Source of the DNA: a virus
Length of the DNA: 58,999 nucleotides
Virus genome (UHGV): UHGV-0092096
Direction: 5' to 3' (one strand)
The position numbers and the translations under genes were made by a program. Below the pieces are notes generated by a model, which was not told the DNA's origin, did not search any database, and worked only from the letters and a program-made list of their open reading frames with translations. Within the stretch, counting starts at the first letter, position 1. Every line of letters begins with the position of its first letter. Positions 1 through 9,875 of this stretch are shown here, in pieces.

Positions 1-30
1 AATCGGGCAAAAACGTGGCCAATTCGGTGC

Positions 31-74
31 TTTCTCCTATAAACAATCATCGGAATGATATTCCATAGGAGAAA
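31..74. repeat. Nested inverted repeat immediately 3' of the serine recombinase; candidate att core
   Basis: TTTCTCCTAT(31-40) ... ATAGGAGAAA(65-74) is a perfect 10-bp inverted repeat. It encloses ATCAT-CGGA-ATGAT. No T-tract follows, so it is not a terminator. Confidence 0.35.
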
Positions 75-75
75 A

Positions 76-1419
76 TTATTCGATATTAAATCTTATTTCT
101 ATATCATCATCCGTAATAATAATCTTTTCAATACACTCCTTGAGAATTTTATTCTTCTCTTGAGTGTCAAGCTCGTCCCATATGTCAGACATTTTTCTTA
201 TTCTTTTGATTTTCGATTCCTTATTTGAGTTTTCTCTTCGGATTTCATCCTCTAATTTTACTTTTAAGGAATTTAATCGCTTTTCTTCATCCTTTATTAC
301 TCCAAAAAGGACATCATTTCCGCTATCAGAATACAGAAGATACAATCTTTTCAACTTCTCATTCGACTTTTTTATCTCGTTCTTAACAAGTTCTTTATTT
401 TCTGATCTGTCTGAGTTTGGCTCGACATTGATGATAAACTTCTTGAAACAGTCAGTGACTTCTTTTTCAATGTATGAAGCTTTATTCCTTTTGTTATCAC
501 AGTGACTTGATTTCACCATGTTCTTTTTTGTTCCCTCTCTGGAATAACACTCAAGGATAAAGTAACTGCCCCACATTTTGTATCTCATCTTTGCGCCGCA
601 CTTTCCGCAAAAGCATAGTCCTGAAAGAATATGTTTATTGGCAAGGTAATAGTTGTTTGATCTCCGCTCTATAAGCTCTTGAGTATTCCAAAACACATCT
701 TCATCAACAATTGGCTCGTGCAGTCCTTTGTATAGCACTCCGTTATACTCAATGTATCCAATATTAGATTTTCTCCTCAAAACATCTCTTACAACCTTTT
801 CACATTTTATTCCGAGAATTTCGGATATGCTTCTGCAAGACATTCCGCTGTTATACATCTCAAACATTCTTCTGACGTTTTCAGCTTCGTCTTCTTTTGG
901 ATGAAGTATTCCATCGTTTCTGTCGTAGTAATATCCGTATGGTTGATTCCCGCCTCCCATCCACAAGCCTTTCTTGACTCTTTCGACCATCCCGGCACGA
1001 GTTCTCATATATATGACTTCTCTTTCATACTGCCCCATAATGGCATTTACGCCGACCATTACTTTATCCATGGGTGTTTCAAATCTAAGTTCTTCTGTAA
1101 CAGATTCTATCTTTACTCCGTATTTTGGAAGTGTCCGGTAAAGAAGAGTAAGTGTGTCAATCGCATCTCGGCTCATTCGGTCAAGTTTGTATACATACAC
1201 CGAAGAAATTTTTCCGTCTCTTGCATCATCAAGAAGTCTCTGCATTTCTGGTCTGTCAATATTACTTCCAGAATATCCTCCGTCAACATACCACCTTTCA
1301 ATTTTTGCATTATTCTTGTCAGCCAAGTCCTGAATCTTGTCCCTTTGCACGTCTAATCCGTACTTTTCTGTCTGAGCTTCTGTTGAAACTCTCATGTAAG
1401 CTACATTCATTTTTCCCAT
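76..1419 (-). CDS. Large serine recombinase (phage integrase)
   Basis: N-terminal resolvase catalytic domain (YMRVSTEAQ...GYSGSNIDRP...LDRMSRD), recombinase domain and Cys-rich zinc ribbon (CFCGKCG). Start placed at the MGKMNV ATG with a GGAGAA RBS. Confidence 0.85.
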   Translation of the reverse strand: MGKMNVAYMRVSTEAQTEKYGLDVQRDKIQDLADKNNAKIERWYVDGGYSGSNIDRPEMQRLLDDARDGKISSVYVYKLDRMSRDAIDTLTLLYRTLPKYGVKIESVTEELRFETPMDKVMVGVNAIMGQYEREVIYMRTRAGMVERVKKGLWMGGGNQPYGYYYDRNDGILHPKEDEAENVRRMFEMYNSGMSCRSISEILGIKCEKVVRDVLRRKSNIGYIEYNGVLYKGLHEPIVDEDVFWNTQELIERRSNNYYLANKHILSGLCFCGKCGAKMRYKMWGSYFILECYSREGTKKNMVKSSHCDNKRNKASYIEKEVTDCFKKFIINVEPNSDRSENKELVKNEIKKSNEKLKRLYLLYSDSGNDVLFGVIKDEEKRLNSLKVKLEDEIRRENSNKESKIKRIRKMSDIWDELDTQEKNKILKECIEKIIITDDDIEIRFNIE

Positions 1420-1478
1420 AATCAATTCTCCTTCAAAAAGAATTGACCAAGTTTTCACCCTAAGTCAATTCTAAACCG

Positions 1479-1814
1479 TTAGTCATTTTTAGTCAATTTC
1501 TCGGATAGAATTTTCTTAACATTTTCCATGTGAATCTCAATTTTATCAAGCTCTTCTTTTTTTACACGTTCTCCATTAACATAAACAGTTGTCATGTAAT
1601 CACCTTTTTCTAAAAAATCCAAAACTTTTTTGTTAACTTTCTTCTTACGCTTTGTCACAGACGAAGTGCTTATATTTAGTTTGCTTGCAATTTCCTGATC
1701 TGATTTCTGCTGACTTGCCATAGAAATCAATACTTTTTCATCCTCTGTGAAATTGCAATTCTCAATCAAAAAATCCAACTCGCATCTATACAATTTGTGA
1801 AAACGTGTTCTCAT
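1479..1814 (-). CDS. Small regulator with sigma-70 region-4-like HTH
   Basis: The SDQEIASKLNISTSSVTKRKKKV segment resembles a sigma region 4 / LuxR-type HTH. The gene lies directly upstream of int. Confidence 0.4.
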   Translation of the reverse strand: MRTRFHKLYRCELDFLIENCNFTEDEKVLISMASQQKSDQEIASKLNISTSSVTKRKKKVNKKVLDFLEKGDYMTTVYVNGERVKKEELDKIEIHMENVKKILSEKLTKND

Positions 1815-2049
1815 ATATCCTTCCCTCTTTCAAGGGAGTGGCTAAACCACTATGTCCCGGCTCAAATCCACTCCCATACGTTCTATTCACTCATGTGGCA
1901 ACTCGCTTAAATACTCCCCTTGTTTCTTCACAAGGTTAGCTGCTTCATATGGTTTGGTTCTGAAACGTCTAACAGCTTTTACGCTAGGTGCACTACTCGC
2001 AAGCTTTCCGTGCTTAATATCTCCACGGAACTTCATTGATTTTGATACT

Positions 2050-2232
2050 TTATTCATTTTCTTTTACCTCTTCTTTCACCCATTTTTCAAACCCAGAATG
2101 TCCTTCATAGCACATATCCTGCACAATGCACTCAGAGCAGACTCCTGAAATCTTGCAAAGTTCTCTTGACAGCTCCATGTCGGACATTGATCGGATTTTA
2201 TCTCCGTTTGTCATAATAATCGCTCCTCTCAC
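2050..2232 (-). CDS. Hypothetical small protein
   Basis: ORF in the minus-strand gene chain; no recognisable domain. Confidence 0.3.
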   Translation of the reverse strand: MRGAIIMTNGDKIRSMSDMELSRELCKISGVCSECIVQDMCYEGHSGFEKWVKEEVKENE

Positions 2233-2296
2233 AATTAATGCTTTTTCGGATTTTCTTTAATCTCTGCCGTGCATCTACTTCTGTCTGTACTTCTTT

Positions 2297-2575
2297 TCAC
2301 TGTTCATCACTCCAATCCAATCTCTGACCGCATTTATCACAATATGGTTTCTTGTTTCCGATTATGAATCCATCATCCCACTGATGCTGTAGCACTTCTT
2401 TGCATGTAGGACACAAATAGTCTGTTATTTCTTCGCCTTCATATTCTTTTTTAATCAATTTTTTCGGAATCTGTTTCTTCATAGCAGCTACCGCCATCTT
2501 CTTTGCTTTAATATTCTCCTCACTATTGGATGTATCCAATCCCTCAATGATTCTGATCGCATCTTCCATGCACAT
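2297..2575 (-). CDS. Hypothetical zinc-ribbon protein
   Basis: Paired cysteine motifs CPTC...CDKCG. Confidence 0.4.
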   Translation of the reverse strand: MCMEDAIRIIEGLDTSNSEENIKAKKMAVAAMKKQIPKKLIKKEYEGEEITDYLCPTCKEVLQHQWDDGFIIGNKKPYCDKCGQRLDWSDEQ

Positions 2576-2972
2576 TCTCCTCTTCTAGCAGTTCAGGATT
2601 GTCAAATATGTTGCCGACAACACGAACATTGCTCAAATATGCCCAGTATGCTAAATCGTGTCTGAGAAATTCTGAACCTTTCGTATTCCATTTAATTATA
2701 AATGCACCTTCTTCATACTTAATCACTCCGTAATAGTGTCCGCATTGCACAATATCGTTTTCCCAAAATTCTTCACCTAATTCATTTGTTAATTCGGTAT
2801 ACTGGCAAATCGTATTTTCATCAACCAGTAATTCACCCTCAAGGCTTTTATCATAGATATAATTCTCGTCACTAAGATAGCCGTATACCCATGTTCCATT
2901 AAGATGCTCGTTACTATCCATTGCATGGATATGTTTCCCTCTAAAAAGTATTTCTCTATTCATAACTGTCAA
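2544..2972 (-). CDS. YopX-family phage protein
   Basis: ILFRGKHI...NGTWVYGYL...ICQYT pattern typical of the YopX domain. Confidence 0.55.
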   Translation of the reverse strand: MTVMNREILFRGKHIHAMDSNEHLNGTWVYGYLSDENYIYDKSLEGELLVDENTICQYTELTNELGEEFWENDIVQCGHYYGVIKYEEGAFIIKWNTKGSEFLRHDLAYWAYLSNVRVVGNIFDNPELLEEENVHGRCDQNH

Positions 2973-3414
2973 CCACCTCCAAATTTTTCAAATCCTCGAT
3001 AAGCCACGGTTCGGAGTCTTCCCATTTGACCATTGGGAAATCAATGTTGAAATGTCTTTCCAAACACAAATGACTATCACAAATCCAAATCCAATACGAT
3101 TCCCCTTTTCTTGGTTGTGTTTCATATACAATCAACTTACCGTTTTCGTCCCTTGCAATATATTTATATTTTTCTCTAAGATACTCCAAGAATACCCTGT
3201 CTCTCTTGCTTATCACTGGCTTTTCGATGTACTCGGATTCTGCCCATTCTCTTGCTTTTTCTTTGCATCGTTCCGTATCAGAATGAAACAAGCATTCTCT
3301 ACACGATGTTTCATGACATGATCTAAATTCCCCTGTTTGTCTGATAATAGCAATTCTATTACCATCACAAGCAATCTCCACAATCTCTTTTGCATACTTT
3401 TCTTTATTTTTCAT
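2956..3414 (-). CDS. Hypothetical protein (Cys-containing)
   Basis: Uninterrupted ORF in the minus-strand chain; contains a CHETSCREC motif. Confidence 0.4.
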   Translation of the reverse strand: MKNKEKYAKEIVEIACDGNRIAIIRQTGEFRSCHETSCRECLFHSDTERCKEKAREWAESEYIEKPVISKRDRVFLEYLREKYKYIARDENGKLIVYETQPRKGESYWIWICDSHLCLERHFNIDFPMVKWEDSEPWLIEDLKNLEVVDSYE

Positions 3415-3418
3415 CTAC

Positions 3419-3658
3419 TCAACCTCTCTTTCTTCTTAATTCCTCATCTCTCAGCCTGATAGCTCTTTTCACTTCTCTATCGCTTCCGCTTACCGGTCTT
3501 CCACTTGCACACTTCACGCATTTTATTCGCCAACCACCGTTATGCCTTTCGAAATGTCCGAAACCTGTTGGAACCCAGTTGCCACAGCAATAGCATGTTC
3601 CTGGATATCTATTTCTCGCCATCTCTTCCACCTCGCTCAACAATCTCAATAGCTTCAA
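3419..3658 (-). CDS. Hypothetical zinc-binding small protein
   Basis: CYCCGN...CVKCASG motifs. Confidence 0.35.
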   Translation of the reverse strand: MKLLRLLSEVEEMARNRYPGTCYCCGNWVPTGFGHFERHNGGWRIKCVKCASGRPVSGSDREVKRAIRLRDEELRRKRG

Positions 3659-3956
3659 TAAACGCTTCGTATCTTCCTTGACTCACTCCGTCATTGTATT
3701 GACTTTCGCCATCGCCATTACCTAATTCGTCACACATATCAACTGTGTGGAGTTCTACTTCTCGAAGATTTTCAAATTCTTCAATGACTTTCTCCGCATC
3801 AAACACTGTCGGCTGTTCTACAATCGTCTCTATAAAATGCCTATGTTCCGAAACATGACAAAGCGCAGCGTTCCCGTTTCTATGCGTGTTATTTAGCATG
3901 CTCGCTTCCACACATTTCAGAAGCTTATCTGCATCAATCGGTCTCATCAATCTCAC
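3609..3956 (-). CDS. Hypothetical protein
   Basis: ORF in chain; the true start may be an internal Met. Confidence 0.35.
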   Translation of the reverse strand: MRLMRPIDADKLLKCVEASMLNNTHRNGNAALCHVSEHRHFIETIVEQPTVFDAEKVIEEFENLREVELHTVDMCDELGNGDGESQYNDGVSQGRYEAFIEAIEIVERGGRDGEK

Positions 3957-4369
3957 TCCTTATATGGCTCTGGTAACGGCAACCAGGCAACCACCTTATA
4001 CATCATCGTTCCTGCGCTCCCATTCTTGTATCTATCCCACCCAAGAAAACCATGTTTGATATCGTTCCAATGACCTCCATCTGGAAATACTAGATAGTTT
4101 GCAATGCTCATCAGTGTTTCCGGTATTCCTTCAGTTTTTTTCAGGGTTACCAGACAGTTTTTTTCGTCTTTCGGCAACCTATCACTCACTGGAATCCACT
4201 TCTGACTTTGCAGCGCAATAGCAATTTTCGCAAGTTCGATAGCGTCAAGCCATTCTCCACATTTTTCTTTTTCCTCAAACTCAGCTAACTTCTCAATAGC
4301 TTCTGACAGCTTATTCTTGTCTTTAAGCACTGCTTTTCCACAGTGGTATGTTGTTAATCTCTCTTTCAT
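3953..4369 (-). CDS. Hypothetical phage protein (DUF551-like)
   Basis: W-rich C-terminal portion (WIPVSDRLP...AWLPLPEPY) resembles the DUF551 family. Confidence 0.35.
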   Translation of the reverse strand: MKERLTTYHCGKAVLKDKNKLSEAIEKLAEFEEKEKCGEWLDAIELAKIAIALQSQKWIPVSDRLPKDEKNCLVTLKKTEGIPETLMSIANYLVFPDGGHWNDIKHGFLGWDRYKNGSAGTMMYKVVAWLPLPEPYKE

Positions 4370-4824
4370 TCCCTCACCTCTTCCAACAAGCCATTCACTA
4401 CCAATTCACACTCGATCTCGGTTGCTGTCCGCTTGTCACTGAATTTACAGTTTGGATTCTTGTGTATCCTTGCATCTTTGATAGGCCATTCAGATTCCGT
4501 AAAATGCTTACTGTCCACAAACATCACTCTGTGTCCGTTCTTCACGCAGAGATAGTAACTCTCTGCGCTTTTCGGAAGTCCTCGGCAAGGCTTAAATCCA
4601 AATCTCACAAACTCACTTGCCTTTACTACTGGTTTTAGTCTCATTTCTTTTTCCTCTCTCATACTTGTTACACACTTCAGGATTGCAACCACGCTCGTTT
4701 CCGGTATGTATGATATAGTCACAACCACTTCTTGCACCGGAAGCACGGTATTTACAAGTTCTGCACAAATGCCTGTCTCCGTTGAAGCATTTCTTTTCCC
4801 TCTCAGCTTTCTTAAGTTTCCCAC
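4366..4824 (-). CDS. Hypothetical protein; start uncertain
   Basis: Overlaps the alternative-frame Cys-rich ORF 4613..4912, so frame choice is ambiguous. Confidence 0.25.
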   Translation of the reverse strand: MGNLRKLRGKRNASTETGICAELVNTVLPVQEVVVTISYIPETSVVAILKCVTSMREEKEMRLKPVVKASEFVRFGFKPCRGLPKSAESYYLCVKNGHRVMFVDSKHFTESEWPIKDARIHKNPNCKFSDKRTATEIECELVVNGLLEEVRE

Positions 4825-5573
4825 CGTATATTCCGACAGTTCCAGGATGCTTCCGGTTCAGCTTTAACCTCAACCTCATCATCGTACATCTCCATAATAT
4901 CTGTGATATCACAGAACGCTCGATCTAACCGCATCATGAAAATGTCAAATTCATCTACGTATCTTAATGAATTGATATCAAGTTCGCTTTTGAATCCGGT
5001 GATACTGAATCTATTACTTTTAGATTCATACAAATGGATTACCTTTGTCAGCTTTTCATCCTCTTCGCATTCGAAAACTAAATTGCAAAATCTTCCTCCG
5101 AACATATTATTTCTTATATCCACACTTGCTCTTACTTCCACATTCTGGTAACTCGGTCCATCGTCTGTGCAGATTTCAAGTTCAGATGTATCAACATTCT
5201 TGCTGACATATTCCTTGTATTTCTCGAATACGTCTTTTAAGCTGATTACATCTTTGTCCGGCTCTGTCATAAGGTTTTTGAAGTTTCCTAAGATTTCCTT
5301 GTTGTCAACTAAATTCGTGCTGTTGATAATTTCTGTGAGAATTGCATCAAGTTTTACCACATAATCATCCAAACTTACTCTTTCGATTGCCGGTGTCATT
5401 ACTTCTTCTACTTTTTCATCGATAACCTTTCTTGCATCACCATTCCATCCGAACTGTTCTTCGATACTACTTTTCAGTGCTTTGGTCACGGCATCAGATA
5501 CAAGTTCCTCAACTGTGCCATCATTCAATTTATCTGTTACTGCCTTTGCTATTCTTTCTTCAAATGTACTCAT
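4812..5573 (-). CDS. Hypothetical protein
   Basis: Clean 253-aa ORF. Confidence 0.5.
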   Translation of the reverse strand: MSTFEERIAKAVTDKLNDGTVEELVSDAVTKALKSSIEEQFGWNGDARKVIDEKVEEVMTPAIERVSLDDYVVKLDAILTEIINSTNLVDNKEILGNFKNLMTEPDKDVISLKDVFEKYKEYVSKNVDTSELEICTDDGPSYQNVEVRASVDIRNNMFGGRFCNLVFECEEDEKLTKVIHLYESKSNRFSITGFKSELDINSLRYVDEFDIFMMRLDRAFCDITDIMEMYDDEVEVKAEPEASWNCRNIRWET

Positions 5574-5593
5574 AATTCGTTCCTTTCTCCCTA

Positions 5594-5878
5594 CTATAAA
5601 GGCTTCTCCATAGTCACAAACATTTTATAACCTCTATATCTTCCACTGCTATACCATGATACGCACGTATCTTGTTCCTTGAATCGATCTACAATTTTGA
5701 ATCCAATATCTTTTAAAGCATCTATTTTCTTCTTATTTCCCTTTATCGCAATGGTCAAACCGGCATTTATAGCCTTATTACTTTCATTCACGCCAAATCT
5801 TCCAAGTTTTAGATTTTCATCTATCTTTTTTAACTTTTCATTTAGCGCATCTATTTCTTTTTGATTTGTGTACTCCAC
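5594..5878 (-). CDS. Hypothetical protein
   Basis: ORF in chain. Confidence 0.4.
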   Translation of the reverse strand: MEYTNQKEIDALNEKLKKIDENLKLGRFGVNESNKAINAGLTIAIKGNKKKIDALKDIGFKIVDRFKEQDTCVSWYSSGRYRGYKMFVTMEKPL

Positions 5879-5954
5879 GTTGTTTTCGTTCCTTTCTCCT
5901 TAAAAATGCGTAAAAAAAATACCAACCACCGAATATTGATGGTTGGTAGATAAA

Positions 5955-6251
5955 TTATATATTTAAGCTTCTTACAATGTCTGCTAACACTGTTGCCGTT
6001 CCGTCTTCCCCTTCTTGGATTTTAGTAAGTAGTTCTCCTATCATTTTTCTAAGTTGGTCTATGTTGGTTGCTAAATAACCATCCATAGTAGCTCCGCTCA
6101 GTTCATAGATTCTTCCTCTTTCTAACTGATTCAGTTTATTACCAATTTCCAATAATTCATGAGAAAACTCCTTACTGATTTCGTAGTCTAATTTCTTTCC
6201 ATTCATTGGCATTCCCTCCCGTACATTTATACGGAAATTATACCATTCCAA
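5955..6251 (-). CDS. Hypothetical protein
   Basis: ORF in chain. Confidence 0.4.
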   Translation of the reverse strand: MEWYNFRINVREGMPMNGKKLDYEISKEFSHELLEIGNKLNQLERGRIYELSGATMDGYLATNIDQLRKMIGELLTKIQEGEDGTATVLADIVRSLNI

Positions 6252-6283
6252 CCATCAATATTCAATTGTCAAGGTGCTGTTAT

Positions 6284-7660
6284 TTAAGCAAATCTTAATT
6301 GTTCCTGTGTATCATCAATGCTCATGTTCGGCATTCTCTCACCGACTTTCAGATACGGACAGTTTGCTTCTACAAGCTTTTCTGCCATGATTGGCACAAC
6401 ACTGTTCCCGATTCTTGCGACTTGCTTTGCAATCGGATATTTCTTCCAGTTGTAATCCCTTTCGATAATGTAATCCTTTGGGAATCCTTGCATCAGCTTT
6501 AATTCTTCCGGTTTCAGCATCCTCAAAAAGATATCAGATATGATGTATTTCTCGCCCTTGATATCCAGGATTACATTCACCAGTCCAAAACGGTCTTTCG
6601 TTGTGATCGTATCAAGCGGTCTATCCAGTGTCTGTCCGCACCCACCGCCGTAATACTTAATCAGAAATGTTGATACCAATCCGAAATGCCCCGGAGATGT
6701 CGTAATTGTATGTAATGGTTCATCACAGCCCTGTCCAATCCCCGTCTTGTAATACTTCGTGATAAATGCTGTCACAAGTCCATATCTATTCGATGTATCA
6801 ATCGTCTTAATTGGTTCTGTTAAAAGCTGTCCTCTTGAATCACCGGCTCTCGTCTCTCCGTGATACTGGATGATGTATGCCAATGCTTCTCCGTTTCTCA
6901 CGATATAAGGAGACTCAGCATCGATAACGTATTTCTTGATTCCGTTTGCAATTCTCTTCTGTGTAGCTTCTGCAAGTGGCTTCTTTCGGTCAAATATCGA
7001 ACTGCCAAGATCTGACCAGTCAATGTAGTCTCCACAAGGTTTCCACTTCTCAAATCCGATGCCGTCTGCACTGTAAGTCTGCTTTGGGAATCTGATTTCC
7101 CGTCCATCTCTACGGAATACCGCATACCATCTCTTTCTTGTGGTTGGTGCTCCGTAGTCCGCAGCTATCAATTCTCTACTATCAAAACGGTACCCGAGGC
7201 TCTTCATTGCTGTAATGAATTTTTTATAATCCTCACCTTTTTTCTCCGGTATCGGATAACCTTTTTCGTCCAACGGACCCCACTGTTGTATTTCTTCTAC
7301 GTTCTCCATAAGAATTACATCCGGCAGAATAGCTTTTGCGTGCTTATATACCGCCCACGGAAGAATCCGAAGTCCTTTTTCTCTTGGCTTACCACCCTTT
7401 GCTTTGGAGTGGCTTGTACAATCTGGACTCGCCCACATAAGAGCTACATGCTGTCCTTTTACATATTTCTTCAAGTTGGCCTTAAAAATATCTTCTGTTA
7501 GATGAAGTGTGTCCTGATGGTTTGTCTTATGCATCAGAATAGCATCTGGATCATGGTTGATTGCTATGTCTACCGGTCTGCCGAGTGCCATTTCTATTCC
7601 TACGGATGCCCCGCCACCACCTCAACCAGCGAAACAATCAATGATTAACTGTTTCTGCAT
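6284..7660 (-). pseudogene. DNA (cytosine-5)-methyltransferase interrupted by an in-frame TGA at codon 13 (7622-7624), inside motif I
   Basis: An ATG at 7660 with a GAGGTGA RBS gives MQKQLIIDCFAG*GGGGASVGIEMALG.... The F-x-G-x-G-G SAM motif, PC (SPDCTSHS) and ENV (LMENVEE) motifs are all present. The stop sits where Cys/Leu normally occurs in FxG(C/L)GG. Confidence 0.7.
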
Positions 7661-8189
7661 AAGGCATCACCTCACTTTCTTGTTTCCACTGATATCCTCC
7701 GGCAGTTTTTCTTTGTCCTTTTATTACTTTTTCTATATTCTGCCTTTGTATTCCTGTGATTCTTGAAGCTTTCCCGATTGATTCATATCTATCAATCTTT
7801 ACACCGTTTTTATCCAGTTGAATCACAGGTATTTTCTTTCTTCCTGCTCGACCAGTCACATAGTTCAATCCGTTTTTATATGCATGAATCTGATTTTCCC
7901 CGTTTGTAACCCATTCCAAATTTTCCACTCTATTATCATCTTTATTGCAATTTATGTGATTTACTTGAGGCTTGTTCTCAGGATTAGGAATAAATGCAAT
8001 TGCAACAAGTCTATGAATCTTTGCTGATACTTTTCGGTCATGCAAACTCATTCTTACTCTCAGATATCCTTTATTATCTTTTTGAGGTATGAGAATGTTC
8101 TTTGTAATGCGGTTCCTTACTTCTCCCGTATTGCTTACTTCGTATTGTTCACCATACACATAAGTGGGTGTCCAAATTATATTTTTCAT
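7638..8189 (-). CDS. HNH homing-type endonuclease (HNH_3/AP2-like)
   Basis: HRLVAIAFIPNPENKPQVNHINCNKDDNRVENLEWVT motif. Its 3' end overlaps the methyltransferase start. Confidence 0.7.
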   Translation of the reverse strand: MKNIIWTPTYVYGEQYEVSNTGEVRNRITKNILIPQKDNKGYLRVRMSLHDRKVSAKIHRLVAIAFIPNPENKPQVNHINCNKDDNRVENLEWVTNGENQIHAYKNGLNYVTGRAGRKKIPVIQLDKNGVKIDRYESIGKASRITGIQRQNIEKVIKGQRKTAGGYQWKQESEVMPYAETVNH

Positions 8190-8249
8190 CTTCTCGAAAG
8201 GAGCCGATATATCTTTGCCCGGCCGGAGCTCCGTACTCCTTTCTGTAAT

Positions 8250-8522
8250 TTACATAGTTTCTAACAGTACGGTTTTAAGTTCCAAAGTACCATCCGCTTC
8301 TATCCATGCGACAGCCAGAAAATCATTGTCGTAGGCACACGAAGAAAAACCATCTTCAAATCTAATCTCGAACTGTATTCCTTTTTCTTCCAATGCAGAT
8401 TTAATTTCTTCGTCCATTCCAAACTGATTTCCATCTTCATCTTCACGGTATCTCGAATAGTATTCGTCACCTTCTCGATAATACTTTTCAATAATTTCTT
8501 CTATCAATTTTCTAATCATCAT
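8250..8522 (-). CDS. Hypothetical protein
   Basis: ORF in chain. Confidence 0.4.
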   Translation of the reverse strand: MMIRKLIEEIIEKYYREGDEYYSRYREDEDGNQFGMDEEIKSALEEKGIQFEIRFEDGFSSCAYDNDFLAVAWIEADGTLELKTVLLETM

Positions 8523-8737
8523 TTCACCTCATTCGCAAGCTGGAATCCCATTCTCGCCACATTCTTCAAGTTGTCCTTAATCAATGCTTTGTTCGGACTT
8601 CTGTGTGTATCAAGAAATTTCCACAGCTCTATCTGTTCACTTGGCATGTTTGCGACATAATCAGCTGTGTACTCATACTCAGCTTTTGCGACTTTCAAAC
8701 ACTGAATCATGTAATCTATCTTTTCTCCTGTGTTCAT
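8519..8737 (-). CDS. Hypothetical protein
   Basis: ORF in chain; overlapping stop/start with the next gene. Confidence 0.4.
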   Translation of the reverse strand: MNTGEKIDYMIQCLKVAKAEYEYTADYVANMPSEQIELWKFLDTHRSPNKALIKDNLKNVARMGFQLANEVK

Positions 8738-8739
8738 GA

Positions 8740-8922
8740 CTACTCCTTTACCTCAACAACTTTTCCGTCAACCATCGTGTACCATGTATCTTCTTTGATT
8801 GTTTCTCCGTCAACACGAACAATCACAGCATCTTTGAGTTCCCACATATCTTCTTTCCAGTAGCTTGATGATTCATTTCCTTTACACTTCCAGTCTGCAA
8901 GTACAAGGAACGAGCCTTTCAC
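8740..8922 (-). CDS. Hypothetical small protein
   Basis: ORF in chain. Confidence 0.35.
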   Translation of the reverse strand: MKGSFLVLADWKCKGNESSSYWKEDMWELKDAVIVRVDGETIKEDTWYTMVDGKVVEVKE

Positions 8923-8943
8923 GCCTTTTGCTTTTCCTTTATA

Positions 8944-9339
8944 TCACCAAGCCACAGCGACAGAGTTAGGGCTTTCTGCTGATGATGCTCCTTTGTAATC
9001 ATCAGAATCCGCTTCTGGTTTTACTCTTTCTTTCGTATATTCAATAGCCGCTTCTACTAATCCTGAAATACTAAGTTTTGCACCAATTTTATTTTTTGTT
9101 GATGCAACTTTGGTATCGTCTGATTTTTTCGAAAGCTTTCCACTCTGTTCAACTTCATGATATACACTTTCCGAAGGACTGTAATAACTAAGGCAATCCA
9201 ACGGATATTCACAAGCATGGAATCCATTTTCACAAACTAATGCATTGCTTTCTTCATATTCTTTACCTTCCTCATACTGAAAACCTCTGCAAGTCATGTC
9301 TTTGTTGAATCCTTTGTATGATTTAATAGCTTCACTCAT
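8944..9339 (-). CDS. Hypothetical protein
   Basis: ORF in chain. Confidence 0.4.
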   Translation of the reverse strand: MSEAIKSYKGFNKDMTCRGFQYEEGKEYEESNALVCENGFHACEYPLDCLSYYSPSESVYHEVEQSGKLSKKSDDTKVASTKNKIGAKLSISGLVEAAIEYTKERVKPEADSDDYKGASSAESPNSVAVAW

Positions 9340-9344
9340 ATTCT

Positions 9345-9875
9345 CTATCCTTTCTCTTCAATCATTCCAACATTTCTGTTATCTGTAACGGCATTTCTGA
9401 TAACTAAACTCATCTTACCGAACAGTGTTTCGTTTCTCACTTCTTCTCGGTAAGATCGCATGAAGTTTGAGCTAGCTACCTGTTCATTGTAATTTTTGTC
9501 AATTGCCCATGTTCTTAACTGACTAGGGCTGCCAACTGCTTTCTGAACAAGCTTCGGAAGTTTCTCAAATTCTTCATCAGCATAATACCCGCATCTTTTG
9601 AGTGCTTTGCTGACAAGCGACCACGCTTCTACTTCGTTCATCTGTTTTGGTTGAGTAATGAACTGAATCTTCTCCATTAATTGTCCTGGGACTGGTGCAA
9701 AACCTTTTGTGTCTGATCTGATGTAAGCCATTAAAGCTTGCTCGACGACACTGTATTCTTCTTCTTCGAATATCTTCTGCCACATATTGACGGTGTATTG
9801 CTTGTCTTGCACATCCCATTGAGGATACGTGGCTTGAATCATCATTATGATTTGAATTGTTTCATTTTTTGTCAT
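9345..9875 (-). CDS. G39P-like replicative helicase loader
   Basis: The N-terminus MTKNETIQIIMMIQATYPQW...VNMWQKIFEEEEYSVVEQALMAYI matches the SPP1 G39P loader pattern. It sits just downstream of the replisome organizer. Confidence 0.5.
   Translation of the reverse strand: MTKNETIQIIMMIQATYPQWDVQDKQYTVNMWQKIFEEEEYSVVEQALMAYIRSDTKGFAPVPGQLMEKIQFITQPKQMNEVEAWSLVSKALKRCGYYADEEFEKLPKLVQKAVGSPSQLRTWAIDKNYNEQVASSNFMRSYREEVRNETLFGKMSLVIRNAVTDNRNVGMIEEKG

Noticed and set aside
164-1421. Plus-strand ORFs antisense to the serine recombinase (164..505, 901..1356, 1152..1421) and similar antisense ORFs throughout
   Set aside because: They are entirely contained within well-supported minus-strand genes. 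They are low-complexity or Cys/Phe-rich translations typical of antisense frames.
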